DNA from: a virus
Taxonomy: Duplodnaviria > Caudoviricetes
DNA: 64,000 nt
IMG/VR virus record: IMGVR_UViG_3300037842_000377
Location: 1-64,000 of that record
Strand: one strand, 5' to 3'
Positions 36,382 to 47,054 of the stretch are shown here, piece after piece; position 1 is the stretch's first letter, and every line of letters begins with the position of its first letter. The notes under the pieces were generated by a model that made no database searches, was not told the DNA's origin, and saw only the letters and a list, made by a program, of their open reading frames with translations. Both the position numbers and the translations under genes were made by a program.

Positions 36382-36845
36382 GAGAAATCAAATTTCGTAT
36401 ATGGCACAAGAACGAAAACAGATGGTTAGATCCGTGGGCGGAAGAAGACCCTATGCTCTCATTAAAGGATTCCGGTGAAGGCTGTGAAGTTTATCTATAT
36501 GATAGGGCCTCTGGCGATTGGTCTAATAAAAACTGTCTTAGGAAAGATGTTGTAATCCAACAATACACCAACGCTAAAGATTGTGACGATGTAGAGGTTT
36601 ATGAGGGCGACATACTAGAACGTAAATGGGCTGGTGAAAAGGGTCATGAGACAAAAAGACCCGTATTCGTGGAGTTTAACAGCGATAATTATGGTCAGGT
36701 TATAGGCTGGAACCTAATGGAGGGAAACCCAGACGGACCAAAGGAAGCGTTTGAGCACTATTATGGCTCATCACCAAGTAAACAATGGAGAGTTATAGGA
36801 AACGTACTTGAAAACCCTGAACTTTTGAAGGAATTTAAAGAATGA
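36378..36845 (+). CDS. YopX family protein
   Basis: MREIKFRIW, QQYT..KD...EVYEGDIL, VIGNVLENPELL. Confidence 0.88.
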   Translation: MREIKFRIWHKNENRWLDPWAEEDPMLSLKDSGEGCEVYLYDRASGDWSNKNCLRKDVVIQQYTNAKDCDDVEVYEGDILERKWAGEKGHETKRPVFVEFNSDNYGQVIGWNLMEGNPDGPKEAFEHYYGSSPSKQWRVIGNVLENPELLKEFKE

Positions 36846-37012
36846 AAGACGTTGTCTTTATGCCAGACTATCCCATACGTAAACTCAAAGATATCACTTG
36901 GTGTGATCATAAGGAAGCACAGTTTCAGGGGATGTATTCCCTCGTTGGGTACTATCATTGTCCCAACTGTAAATCAAAGATTTGTCCACAGGAATTTCAA
37001 AATAGAGGATAA
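36842..37012 (+). CDS. small Cys-rich protein (56 aa, not in ORF track)
   Basis: ATGA overlap with YopX stop; WCDH...YHCPNC. Confidence 0.5.
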   Translation: MKDVVFMPDYPIRKLKDITWCDHKEAQFQGMYSLVGYYHCPNCKSKICPQEFQNRG

Positions 37013-37017
37013 AAGAT

Positions 37018-37695
37018 ATGAAAAGAGATATCGTGGTTTTCGACTTTGAAACGGGTGGACGTAACCCACTTCGTTGCCAGCCAACTCAAATCGCTGCTAT
37101 CGCCCTAGATGGTCGCAATTTCAGGCCCAAGGGTGAATTCCAGAGCATGATGCGTCCCATCATTGACGATGAGAAGGCACTGGCTGCTGGCGTTGACCCC
37201 ATTGAGGAAGGGGCACTCAAGGTCACAGGTCAGACGCGAGAGCAGCTTGCGAAAGCACCGCTACCCAAGGGTGTGTGGAAGAAGTTCTGCACATTCGTTA
37301 ATAAGTACAACTGGTCTGGAAAACAGTTCCACGCCCCAATTCCATGTGGGTTTAACATCTTGGGATATGACATGAAGATCGTAGACCGTTTGTGTAAGGA
37401 ATACGGACCCTTCGATGATAAGAGACAGGGTCAGAAGCTATTCCATCAGATCTACAAGATCGATGTTATGGACGACATGTGGCTGTGGACAGAGGGCGAC
37501 CCTGCCATCAAGTCTATCAGTATGGACTCTCTGCGAGAACGTATGGGAATGTCCTCAGAGAACGCTCACGACGCCCTACAGGACGTTAAGGATACAGCCA
37601 ACATCTTCATCAAGTTTCAAAAGTCCCGCCGTCTAGTCTATCAAAATCTAACGGTGGACAAGTGTTTTGCCAATGGTGGTCTAGCAATTAAGTAG
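37018..37695 (+). CDS. dnaQ: DEDDh 3'-5' exonuclease (DnaQ/epsilon-like)
   Basis: VFDFETGG, GFNILGYD, AHDALQDV. Confidence 0.9.
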   Translation: MKRDIVVFDFETGGRNPLRCQPTQIAAIALDGRNFRPKGEFQSMMRPIIDDEKALAAGVDPIEEGALKVTGQTREQLAKAPLPKGVWKKFCTFVNKYNWSGKQFHAPIPCGFNILGYDMKIVDRLCKEYGPFDDKRQGQKLFHQIYKIDVMDDMWLWTEGDPAIKSISMDSLRERMGMSSENAHDALQDVKDTANIFIKFQKSRRLVYQNLTVDKCFANGGLAIK

Positions 37696-37703
37696 GAGAA
37701 ATC

Positions 37704-37997
37704 ATGCTCAGAAAAGTAGAGAACAAAAACAGGTATAGGACTGCTCAACCCTACTATTACCACCTTCACGACTCCGATGGTCAAGGTAACACAATTAACT
37801 ATCTGTTTACTATCAGTCAACTGGACAACGCAGAAGAGAGAGCGGAAGCAAACCCAGAAGACGTTGTGGAAGATGGTATTCTGGAGAATAGATTTATTAC
37901 AGGGTTGTGTTTGGGTCTACCACTAGGGTCTGCCATAGGTTGTCTGGTATATTTCCTTTGTGTGGAATTCAATGTTAAGTCACTGTTAGGATGGTAA
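37704..37997 (+). CDS. hypothetical protein with C-terminal TM
   Basis: AGGAG RBS; hydrophobic tail. Confidence 0.65.
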   Translation: MLRKVENKNRYRTAQPYYYHLHDSDGQGNTINYLFTISQLDNAEERAEANPEDVVEDGILENRFITGLCLGLPLGSAIGCLVYFLCVEFNVKSLLGW

Positions 37998-37998
37998 G

Positions 37999-39558
37999 AT
38001 GGATTTGAAGGACGAAAAAGCGTGGGCCTTATATCACGATGGTCTCACCAAGGGTATTTTCCAGTTGGAGAGTAATCTTGGTAGGTCTTGGTCTAAGAAG
38101 GTGTCTCCCAGTAATATCGAAGAGTTGGCAGCACTCATTGCTATCATTAGACCCGGAACGCTCAAAGCTATTAGCGATGGTAAATCTATGAGCCAGCGGT
38201 TTGTTGACCGCAAGGCTGGCCGAGAGGAGGTTACTTACCTTCACGACTCTCTGGAGGATATTCTCAATACAACATACGGGGTGTTGGTCTATCAAGAACA
38301 GGCGATGCGTATCGCTGTGAAACTCGCTGGCTTCAGTGAGCAGGAAGCGGATTATCTACGTAAGGCTATCGGCAAGAAGAAAGCCAAGCTGATGATGGAA
38401 ATCCGTGGGCAGTTCATTGAGGGTTGTGAGAAGGTGGGTATAGTAGACGGTGATGTAGCTAAAGAAATCTTTAGCTGGATTGAAAAGTCGTCTCGATACT
38501 CATTCAACAAGTCTCACGCTGTGGCGTACGCCATGAACTCTTATTGGTCAGCTTGGTATAAAGCTAATCACACGGTTGAGTTCTTCACGTCTTACCTATA
38601 CCACGCGAATGAAAAACAGGATACCCATCAGGAGATCTATGAACTAGTCTCTGAGGCTAAACTGTTTGACATTGAGGTGAAGTCGCCAAATCTAACCTCT
38701 TTTGGTCTGAAATTTGAGCGTGTGGGTAGTGACGTGTTCTTTGGGGTCAAGGATGTTAAGGGTCTTACTGGGGTCACTGGTGACAAGGTGGTGAAAGCCA
38801 TTAAGGATGCTGTGTGGGAATCCAATAAATCACTAGAGGAATTCACTTGGATGGATGTTCTATTATACATTGCTCCCAACATAACTAGTACTGCTTTCAA
38901 AGCCCTGTGTTCTATTGGGTTTTTCTCTACCAAATCTACCGGTGTGAGCAGAAATAAGGCACTGTACGAATACCTTATATTCCGTGAACTGACTAAGGCG
39001 GAAATGAAGTGGGTTACAACGCAGTATCCGGAAAAACGATGGGAAACCCTTGGTGAGTGTTTTCAAGACCTGTCTCCTACAAAGAAGATGGGTGGAGGGA
39101 CCAGTAACGCCAACCGTAGTCAGATCGTCCTGAACGAAGTGGGTATGCTGGCAAGCCCACCATACGGAATGTCGGATGACCCTTCTTGGATCGTCGAGAT
39201 GGAAAAGAAGTTCTTGGGCTGTCCAGTTTCCCTAAGTGAAGTCGAAGCGGTCGATACGTCTATCTCCAACACTTCATGTAAGGATATCGCGAATGGGAAG
39301 TTTGGTAAGGATATCTGTCTTGTAGTGAACATCACAAGGATGAACAACTTCAAGATCAAGAAGCAGGGCAAGAACTTTGGCAAACTCATGTCATTCCTAA
39401 CCGTCGAAGATGCTTCCTGTTCTCTTGATAGCGTCGTGGTATTTCCTGAGACCAGAGAAAAGTACAGGTTCATTCTATATGAGGGCAACAATCTAATGCT
39501 GTGCGGCGACGTAGAGCAGGATAATTCCTTCATTGTTAACAAAATTCACGAAATCTGA
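37999..39558 (+). CDS. dnaE: DNA polymerase III alpha, C-terminal half (fingers, HhH, OB fold)
   Basis: GIFQLES, IRPG, TYGVLVYQEQ, LRKAIGKK, YSFNKSHAVAY, MSFLTVED. Confidence 0.93.
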   Translation: MDLKDEKAWALYHDGLTKGIFQLESNLGRSWSKKVSPSNIEELAALIAIIRPGTLKAISDGKSMSQRFVDRKAGREEVTYLHDSLEDILNTTYGVLVYQEQAMRIAVKLAGFSEQEADYLRKAIGKKKAKLMMEIRGQFIEGCEKVGIVDGDVAKEIFSWIEKSSRYSFNKSHAVAYAMNSYWSAWYKANHTVEFFTSYLYHANEKQDTHQEIYELVSEAKLFDIEVKSPNLTSFGLKFERVGSDVFFGVKDVKGLTGVTGDKVVKAIKDAVWESNKSLEEFTWMDVLLYIAPNITSTAFKALCSIGFFSTKSTGVSRNKALYEYLIFRELTKAEMKWVTTQYPEKRWETLGECFQDLSPTKKMGGGTSNANRSQIVLNEVGMLASPPYGMSDDPSWIVEMEKKFLGCPVSLSEVEAVDTSISNTSCKDIANGKFGKDICLVVNITRMNNFKIKKQGKNFGKLMSFLTVEDASCSLDSVVVFPETREKYRFILYEGNNLMLCGDVEQDNSFIVNKIHEI

Positions 39559-39587
39559 TTGTCATATTTCGACTCATAGACTATTAT
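39559..39587 (+). promoter_or_regulatory. sigma70-type promoter for glycan cluster
   Basis: TTGTCA-17-TATTAT with AGAC before the -10, as in the other promoters. Confidence 0.55.
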
Positions 39588-39692
39588 AGAGCATAGGAGA
39601 AGACATGCGGAAAGGATGGACGAGTTTACCATTGGTAATACACGATACCTCAACCCCGTGGGCAATTGACAATATAAAAAAGGGAAAAACGT

Positions 39693-41381
39693 ATGAGGCG
39701 TAAGCGTATATTATTTTGTAGTGAGGCAACTTTTCTCAATACTGGGTACGCAACATACACCAGAGAGATTCTGACCTACCTGCACGGAACTGGTAAGTAC
39801 GAAATTGCCGAGATGGGTTCCTACGGTCAGCGAAATGACCCTCGGGCCGCTAACATCCCTTGGAAGTATTACGGAGTATCTCCAAATACAGACTGCGAAC
39901 CTAAGGCAACAGAAGAGGAAATGCAGGCTTACAACAACTCTGGCACTAACCAGTTTGGTGAGTGGATCTTTGAGCACGTATGTCTGGACTTCATGCCAGA
40001 TGTAGTGTGTGATATCCGTGACTTCTGGATGTTGGACTTCGCTGAACGTTCTCCGTTTAGGAATTACTTCAAGTGGGCTATTATGCCGACCGTTGACGCT
40101 CGTCCACAGGCCCGTCAGTGGATCTCTACATATGCCAATGCTGACGCCTGCCTGACTTATTCGGACTGGGCCGGTGGGGTGTTGAATGAACAATCTGGTG
40201 GGAAAATTAAGTACCACGGATCGTCACCCCCATCTGCTCACCCGGCTTACAATCCGGTCCCTGATAAGAAAGCCCATAAGTTATCTTACGGTATTAACCC
40301 AGATTTCAAAATCTTAGGGACGGTTATGCGTAATCAACGACGTAAATTGTACCCAGATCTCTTTGAGGCTTTCCGTAAGTTTCTAGATAAGGCGGAAAAT
40401 GACAACTACTACCTGTATTGTCATACATCCTACCCAGACTTGGGTTGGGATATCCCAGAACTGATTCTGCAGCACAATCTGTCTGCTCACGTTCTGTTCA
40501 CATATATCTGCCCAGAGACCAAGAAACCCTTCCCATCTCTCTTTAAAGGTGCGGTTGCTCAGTCCCCATTCACTGGTAAGTGGGGTTCGACCCTGTCAAA
40601 CGTTAAAAACGGTGTCTCCTATGAGGACTTGTCCAACATCATCAATCTGTTCGACCTCTACACGCAGTATGCTAATTGTGAGGGTTTTGGACTTCCGCAG
40701 GTTGAAGCCGCCGCATGTGGGGTTCCCGTTTGTGGCACTGATTATTCTGCTATGGAGTCTGTACTTCGTAAGTTAGAAGGGTTCACCCTGACGCCAGCCG
40801 CTCTTTATAAAGAGCTAGAAACTGGCTGTCTCAGGGCTGTGCCTGATAACGAATATTCCTCAGAAGTATTTCTTCATTTCTTTGAAAAGATGACGGATGA
40901 AGGTAGAGAAAAAATGGGCACAAAAACCCGTGAGAATTTCGAAAAGTACTATCAATGGGACATGAGCGGTAAGAAGTGGGAAGATATCTTTGATAGCTTT
41001 GAGGTAATACCCACCAAACAAACATGGGGGTCACCGCTCAAGCAACATAGACCAGTTCAAAAACTAAGCGATGAGCAGATATCCAACGTGGACGCTGGTC
41101 AGCTTGCTAAGTGGTTGATCATTGAAGCTCTCGGAGACCCTTCCAAACTCAATACTTTCTTCGAGTCACGTCTATGTAGGGATTTGACATACAAGTCGGC
41201 TACGGGGTCTACGGGGGGCATGTACTTCAACGAATCTTCGGCTGCTTTTGACGGTGCTAATCATCGTTCATCGTTTGATTTCAATATGGCCTACAATCAA
41301 ATGGTGGCTCAGTGCGATAAGAGGAATAACTGGGAACAGAAGAGGGTCCAAGTTATGAAGCAAAAGGGGGTAATTCAATGA
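39693..41381 (+). CDS. glycosyltransferase family 4
   Basis: TGYA, MRNQRRK, EGFGLPQVEAAACGVP. Confidence 0.88.
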   Translation: MRRKRILFCSEATFLNTGYATYTREILTYLHGTGKYEIAEMGSYGQRNDPRAANIPWKYYGVSPNTDCEPKATEEEMQAYNNSGTNQFGEWIFEHVCLDFMPDVVCDIRDFWMLDFAERSPFRNYFKWAIMPTVDARPQARQWISTYANADACLTYSDWAGGVLNEQSGGKIKYHGSSPPSAHPAYNPVPDKKAHKLSYGINPDFKILGTVMRNQRRKLYPDLFEAFRKFLDKAENDNYYLYCHTSYPDLGWDIPELILQHNLSAHVLFTYICPETKKPFPSLFKGAVAQSPFTGKWGSTLSNVKNGVSYEDLSNIINLFDLYTQYANCEGFGLPQVEAAACGVPVCGTDYSAMESVLRKLEGFTLTPAALYKELETGCLRAVPDNEYSSEVFLHFFEKMTDEGREKMGTKTRENFEKYYQWDMSGKKWEDIFDSFEVIPTKQTWGSPLKQHRPVQKLSDEQISNVDAGQLAKWLIIEALGDPSKLNTFFESRLCRDLTYKSATGSTGGMYFNESSAAFDGANHRSSFDFNMAYNQMVAQCDKRNNWEQKRVQVMKQKGVIQ

Positions 41382-42391
41382 AAACCGTAGTGGTTACAGG
41401 GTGTGCTGGACTACTTGGTAGTCATTTCTCTCGTTATTTGATCAGACAAGGTTTTAGAGTTGTTGGTATTGACGACCTTAGCGGTGGGTATCCAGAATAC
41501 TTACCTCAGGCTAACATAAAACAGTTTGAATTTTGGCCTATTGACCTATCTGACGTGGATGCTAAGGGATGTTTAAACAATATCTTTACTATGGAGAAAG
41601 ATGTAGTAGCTTGTTATCACTTCGCTGCTTACGCTGCGGAGGGTCTATCACCCTTTATTCGCCACTTTAACTACTCCAACAACGTATTATCCAGTGCTAA
41701 TGTAATAAACGCTTGTATTCAGAATAACGTTAAGATGATCTTCACCTCATCTATGGCGGTTTACGGTGCTCAAAAACCCCCATTCGTTGAAACTATGGCT
41801 CCACAACCCATTGACCCGTACGGTGTAGCTAAATACGCGGTAGAAATGGATATGAAGATAGCTGGAGATCAACACGGTCTTCGTTATTCCATTGTTAGAC
41901 CGCATAATATTATCGGTATCTACCAGAATATCTGGGACCGCTATAGGAATGTGGTGGGAATCTTTATACGGCGTGCCCTTGAAGGTGAGCCGCTCTTAAT
42001 TTATGGAGATGGTGAGCAGACTCGTCAATTCTCTGATGTTCAATATTATATGAAACCGTTCGAGCAATTGATTGACAATCACGACGGAGAAACGTTCAAC
42101 TTAGGTGCCGAAGAGGATTGGACCCTTAATGAACTAGCTGAGACCGTACGACGTGTAGCCATATGGAACGGGTGCAATCCAGTACAGGTTAAACATGTGG
42201 AGGCACGTCACGAAGCTAAACATACGCAATGTGATCATTCTAAGGCAAAAATGTGCCTAGGATTTAAGGATACTACTTACCTTATCAAAACCGTAGATGA
42301 AATGTTTCAATGGGCGAAAAAACAACCCAAGAGAGAACAAGTGACTATGGAATATGAGATAACGGAGGGTATGTATGACTGTTGGAAATAA
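41378..42391 (+). CDS. NAD-dependent epimerase/dehydratase
   Basis: TGCAGLLG, SSMAVYG, YGVAK, GDGEQTR. Confidence 0.92.
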   Translation: MKTVVVTGCAGLLGSHFSRYLIRQGFRVVGIDDLSGGYPEYLPQANIKQFEFWPIDLSDVDAKGCLNNIFTMEKDVVACYHFAAYAAEGLSPFIRHFNYSNNVLSSANVINACIQNNVKMIFTSSMAVYGAQKPPFVETMAPQPIDPYGVAKYAVEMDMKIAGDQHGLRYSIVRPHNIIGIYQNIWDRYRNVVGIFIRRALEGEPLLIYGDGEQTRQFSDVQYYMKPFEQLIDNHDGETFNLGAEEDWTLNELAETVRRVAIWNGCNPVQVKHVEARHEAKHTQCDHSKAKMCLGFKDTTYLIKTVDEMFQWAKKQPKREQVTMEYEITEGMYDCWK

Positions 42392-43142
42392 ACTTCAGTT
42401 ACCGCAAGTAACCATGTTCACATTCTGCTGGGGTACGGAGCACGTACGTAAGTCCCTCAGGGCCATGCTGATTGGTATGGATCAGGTAGAATTTGGTAAG
42501 AAAGTTTTAATCACAGACCCTAGTAAGACTGATCTCAGTTTGTTCGAAACCGTCATTGACAAATACGGTATCGAAGTGTATGATATGAGTGTCGATCTGA
42601 ATAGCAATCTTCAGGATGATGATACTAACCGCTCAGGGTTTTGTGAGTCGTTCGTTCAACAGACGGCACGCTACATTACTGGTGACTATTGCTTGAATGT
42701 CCAGCACGACTCTACCATCATCGACGCTAGTAAGTGGGAAGCACGGTTTCTGGCCTATGATTACATTGGTGCCCCTTGGCCCATGAGTATCATCCAAGCT
42801 AGTGACATGGTCGCCGGGCAAATCGAGGATATCCCAAATGTTGTTGGTAACGGGGGATTTTCCCTGAGAACAAGACGGTTTGTTGAAGAATCAGCCAAGC
42901 TAGGCTGGGAACACAAGAACGAAGACCTGAACATCTGCATATTCAACTACGACCGAATGAGAAAGGTTGGGATTCAGTTCGCACCACCAGAACTGGCCGC
43001 TAAGTTCTCTGTTGAGCACCCCACGCACTATAGAAACTTCAATCGAGACATGCTGTTTAGCTATGGGTCATTTGGATTTCACGGGGAGTTTAATAAGGGC
43101 GGCATGGATTTCATTAACAATTACGACTTAGGAGTAATATGA
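42375..43142 (+). CDS. DUF5672 family protein
   Basis: QHD..YDYIGAPW..VGNGGFSLR..ED..FSVE..FGFH. Confidence 0.82.
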   Translation: MTVGNKLQLPQVTMFTFCWGTEHVRKSLRAMLIGMDQVEFGKKVLITDPSKTDLSLFETVIDKYGIEVYDMSVDLNSNLQDDDTNRSGFCESFVQQTARYITGDYCLNVQHDSTIIDASKWEARFLAYDYIGAPWPMSIIQASDMVAGQIEDIPNVVGNGGFSLRTRRFVEESAKLGWEHKNEDLNICIFNYDRMRKVGIQFAPPELAAKFSVEHPTHYRNFNRDMLFSYGSFGFHGEFNKGGMDFINNYDLGVI

Positions 43143-43768
43143 AAACGTTACAGGATAGAGACGCTTATCTAGCGTACATGAAAGAATTGCTACCTGACAA
43201 TCCAAAAGTGTTGGAAGTTGGAGTAGAAGCTGGACACTTCTCTAAGCGTATTATGGAAGTGCTGGAGCCTGAAGAGTTACATCTATTAGACCCTTGGGAG
43301 TCTAATCCTTTTAACGGCAAGATATACTCAGAGGGGCACATGAGAAACACCCCTACTGCTCATAGTAATATTGGTATGCAAGAAGCCATCGAAAAGAGAT
43401 ATGAGAAAGAAATTCAGATGGGCACTGTCCGTTTACACCGTGGGTACTCACACCAGCTAGTTCACAGGTTTGAGGTTGGGCACTTTGATTTCATATATTT
43501 AGATGGTTGCCACTTATACGAGTCTGTGAAACAAGACCTACAAGATTACCACCAAAAGGTACAGCCGGATGGTATTTTAGGTGGACACGACTACATAAGT
43601 GTGGCTAGGGAGTTTGTTCAAGAGGGTACTACCTACAACAATCAATTGGGTTACGGAATTAAACAGGCCGTAGACGAATTTTTGAATGAACAATCGGGAC
43701 TAGAACTATGTGCCCTAGTTAGCGATGAAATTCCATTCCCAGACTGGGCAATCAGGAGAACAAAATGA
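43139..43768 (+). CDS. class I SAM methyltransferase (Methyltransf_24-like)
   Basis: LEVGVEAG, DFIYLDGCHLYE, GGHDY. Confidence 0.87.
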   Translation: MKTLQDRDAYLAYMKELLPDNPKVLEVGVEAGHFSKRIMEVLEPEELHLLDPWESNPFNGKIYSEGHMRNTPTAHSNIGMQEAIEKRYEKEIQMGTVRLHRGYSHQLVHRFEVGHFDFIYLDGCHLYESVKQDLQDYHQKVQPDGILGGHDYISVAREFVQEGTTYNNQLGYGIKQAVDEFLNEQSGLELCALVSDEIPFPDWAIRRTK

Positions 43769-44886
43769 AGGTACTCTACGTAGGTTATTACAGGGAAAAA
43801 AGTGACTGGGGAAAACAGACGGTCAATAACATCTTAGCACTGGAGAAAGCCGGTGTGGACGTTGTCTGCCGCAGTATTGAACTGGGCCACACCCAAACCC
43901 CAGAAGCCATCGCTCATCTTGAAGACAAAGACATTGGGGATGCGACCCACTGTATTCAACATGTGTTTCCAGAACATATGGTGGGCACTGGAAAATTTGA
44001 GAAGAACATAGGGTTTTTGGGTAACAACTTTTTTGAGTTGGAACACTCTGTCTGGGTTGAGCGTCTGGATATGATGGACGAAGTTTGGGTTCCATCTGAC
44101 ACAGCGTATAGTGCCTTTTCTTACAAGTGTAAAGATAAGGTTAAGTACGTACCGTTAGCCATAGATACAGCCGTTCATAACAAAAGATATAAAGAGTTGG
44201 CTATCAAAGAGGCTGAGAACACTTTCAAGTTCTATACATTTGCCTCTACGAGTGACGCTCAGGGTCTTGACTGGATCTTAGCCTCGTTCCACTCAGAGTT
44301 CGATGTTAATGACAATGTAAGCCTTGTTATCTACATGAAGCCGCAGTCGTCAGACAGTCAGAGGGAACTTAAATTTGTAGATGATCTCTCTGAGAATATC
44401 AAGTCACTTCTGAGATTAGAGACAAGTCCGGAACTCTATAATCGTGAGATTGTTATTTCCGCACCAGATCTTACCGATGAAAACTTGTATGAGCTACATC
44501 AATACTGTAACTGTTATGTGAGTTGTAACACAGGAGTTACTTTCCCATTAGCTGAAATAGATGCTGCTGGATTTGGAAACACCCCAATCATCTCCGATAA
44601 GAATTCTGTTCGTGAGTATCTGCGAGGGTCAGCTAACGCAGTAAACTCCATTCACCAAGTAGTTCAATCCAAAGGTGGTATCTTTGGAGGTGTTAACAAT
44701 GGTAATGACTACTGGATTAAGCCCGATGAGCGTAACATCAAACGGACCATGCGTATGATGTACAACCTTTGGTGTGATGACAAATTTTTGAAAGATACAG
44801 AATTTATACCAGAGGCTAGAGAGCAATTATCACATTTTTCTCTTGAAACCGTTGGGGAAAAAATGAAGGAGGCACTAAGTGTTTAG
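43765..44886 (+). CDS. GT4-like glycosyltransferase (divergent)
   Basis: MDEVWVPS, FHSEF, CNCYVS; similar to the 6591 GT. Confidence 0.7.
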   Translation: MKVLYVGYYREKSDWGKQTVNNILALEKAGVDVVCRSIELGHTQTPEAIAHLEDKDIGDATHCIQHVFPEHMVGTGKFEKNIGFLGNNFFELEHSVWVERLDMMDEVWVPSDTAYSAFSYKCKDKVKYVPLAIDTAVHNKRYKELAIKEAENTFKFYTFASTSDAQGLDWILASFHSEFDVNDNVSLVIYMKPQSSDSQRELKFVDDLSENIKSLLRLETSPELYNREIVISAPDLTDENLYELHQYCNCYVSCNTGVTFPLAEIDAAGFGNTPIISDKNSVREYLRGSANAVNSIHQVVQSKGGIFGGVNNGNDYWIKPDERNIKRTMRMMYNLWCDDKFLKDTEFIPEAREQLSHFSLETVGEKMKEALSV

Positions 44887-45856
44887 ATCGCTGAACATCC
44901 TTAACGACGTAGGTAGAACGTCGGACAAGTACAATATTCTCACGTTTAATACGCACGAGCGTTACCAGACCCAAGTTGCTAAGACTGGGCATAACTTTTA
45001 TGCCTTCAACTATAATGGCGGTAAAGACTGGTATGACGGTCACGCCCCCATGCCTGAGAATTACTACCAACTACCAAAAAACTCTATGTATCCGGGTGTT
45101 GTCTTCGACTTCATCTTCGTGAATAGTAAGTTTGGGCAGTTCCAAACAGCTATGGAAATCAACCAGAAACTACAGTTGCCCATTCTGTGTCTTGAGCACA
45201 CGTTGCCACTACCGAATTGGCCCAGCGATCAACTAGCTGCTTTTCGACGAATGAAGGGTGATGTAAACGTATTCATTACTGAATACTCTAAGCGTTCTTG
45301 GGGAATACCCGGAGAGGTTGTTTATCACTCAATTGATACCGACTTGTTCTGTCCCGCTGAAGAAAACCCTCTAGATCAGGTTCTAACGGTCGCTCACGAC
45401 TTTGTTAACCGTGACTACGCCCTAAATTACAAGGGTTGGGAACGTATTACTAAGGATCTTCCTAGGGTCGTGGTTGGAGATACGCCGGGATTATCCAAAC
45501 AAAGCGATTCAGTAGAGGATTTGATCAAGTCGTATCAGGCTGCTTCGATTTATATCAACCCAAGCACCCTCAGTCCGGTCCCCACGTCCATGCTAGAGGC
45601 TATGTCGTGCGGCTGTGCGGTCGTTACGACAGAAACGTGTGAAATCCCGAATATCATCGAGAATGGCGTCAACGGCTTTATCTCGAACGATGAGAGCGTC
45701 CTACGTGAGAGGATCGAGATGCTGCTCAAAGACCCGGCGAAAGCGAAGGAAATTGGGTTAGCTGGACGAGAAACTATTAAAGAGAAGTTCGGTGAAGAAC
45801 GCTATATCAAAGAGTGGAATTCAATTTTTGACACTGTTACAGAGGTGGGGAAATAA
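44879..45856 (+). CDS. glycosyltransferase family 4
   Basis: PTSMLEAMSCGCAVV, NGVNGF. Confidence 0.85.
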   Translation: MFRSLNILNDVGRTSDKYNILTFNTHERYQTQVAKTGHNFYAFNYNGGKDWYDGHAPMPENYYQLPKNSMYPGVVFDFIFVNSKFGQFQTAMEINQKLQLPILCLEHTLPLPNWPSDQLAAFRRMKGDVNVFITEYSKRSWGIPGEVVYHSIDTDLFCPAEENPLDQVLTVAHDFVNRDYALNYKGWERITKDLPRVVVGDTPGLSKQSDSVEDLIKSYQAASIYINPSTLSPVPTSMLEAMSCGCAVVTTETCEIPNIIENGVNGFISNDESVLRERIEMLLKDPAKAKEIGLAGRETIKEKFGEERYIKEWNSIFDTVTEVGK

Positions 45857-46275
45857 TGAAGTTGCAAATTGTTCGTGAAGCACAGGAAGCTATTATTGGA
45901 TACAAAGTATTGACCGTTGGTAATAACAGTCTGGATTTGGGAAGTGTTACGTCTAACGAGTGTGAAGTCATCCTAGCGTCTGACGTTATGGATTCATTTC
46001 CCGTGGGTAACAGTCATGAAGTTATTGGGGCACTTCGTTCCAAACTCAGGATCAACGGAGAGTTGGTTGTGGGCGGTACTGAAGTACGTGCTTTTGCTAA
46101 GGCTGTAGCCAACGGCTTAATCACCCCAGACGATGCGTCTAACGTAGTGACACAAAACAACTCAATGACCTCTGTGGGTACTGTTAAGGGTATTCTAGAG
46201 GGTTTTGGGCTGGATATCATGTCTAGTCACATTGACGGTCTTCATTACGAGATCAAAGCTAAGAGGTCTGAATAA
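45856..46275 (+). CDS. hypothetical protein (methyltransferase-fragment-like)
   Basis: KLRINGELVVGGTE; coupled ORF. Confidence 0.6.
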   Translation: MKLQIVREAQEAIIGYKVLTVGNNSLDLGSVTSNECEVILASDVMDSFPVGNSHEVIGALRSKLRINGELVVGGTEVRAFAKAVANGLITPDDASNVVTQNNSMTSVGTVKGILEGFGLDIMSSHIDGLHYEIKAKRSE

Positions 46276-47054
46276 TGAAGGAAGCAACGACGAGTTGTAA
46301 GGGTTGTACTTTTGCCGAATATTCAGAGCACCCTAATACTGTTTTTGGTGCTTCTGGACTACTGTTCCCACAAGTTCAGACTGGATGCAGGGCTGATCGT
46401 ATAGACCTGTTTAAGGTGAGGCATGAGGCCGCTATGACCGTTGGACAACCCTACTACAACCTGAGTAAGTTCTGTAATATGTACAGGGGTTCAGATTGGG
46501 TAGACCTAAACGGTGATGATAAGGACAAGGCACGCAAGGAAATTATGCCCTTGTTTGGGATTGCTATCTATGATCACCCAAGTAGTACCCTAGAAGATCT
46601 ACAGCGTACTATTGACTCAGTGCTCGCTATGGATTATCCAGTGGGAAAAATGAAATTGGTCATATCCACATTTGACAAACGTGGTGTAAACGAAGTGTCT
46701 AATATGGTCAATGTTATACAGGAGACGATGTACACCTCGTGTGCTATTTTTCATGTAATAGACACAATCAGAATTAGAGACAGGGACGTGTTTAATAAGC
46801 TGGTTGAAGCGGCTTACTTTGTGAACATCAAGGCCGGTAGCGTGTTGCCACCAGATATTTTCGATATCATTGATAAATCCCAAAACGACGAAGTACTTAG
46901 CAATGTAATGTATGAGGGTGATGGATTTTCAATTATCCACAAGGCAGTAGTAAACAACCTGTACTTGGAACACCGAGATTACAAGAAAATGGTAGATAGC
47001 GTCAGGGTTATGTCACAGGAACAGAAGCTATACCAAAAATATGAAACAAAATAG
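46275..47054 (+). CDS. hypothetical protein, degenerate GT2-like C-terminus
   Basis: CKGC N-terminus; TIDSVLAMDYP. Confidence 0.6.
   Translation: MKEATTSCKGCTFAEYSEHPNTVFGASGLLFPQVQTGCRADRIDLFKVRHEAAMTVGQPYYNLSKFCNMYRGSDWVDLNGDDKDKARKEIMPLFGIAIYDHPSSTLEDLQRTIDSVLAMDYPVGKMKLVISTFDKRGVNEVSNMVNVIQETMYTSCAIFHVIDTIRIRDRDVFNKLVEAAYFVNIKAGSVLPPDIFDIIDKSQNDEVLSNVMYEGDGFSIIHKAVVNNLYLEHRDYKKMVDSVRVMSQEQKLYQKYETK

Noticed and set aside
36852-37049. 65-aa ORF from the track
   Set aside because: The alternative frame 36842-37012 is translationally coupled to yopX and fits better.
35600-38100. Split intein or intron joining the dnaE halves
   Set aside because: No intein terminal motifs are visible and the intervening DNA is fully occupied by ordinary ORFs.
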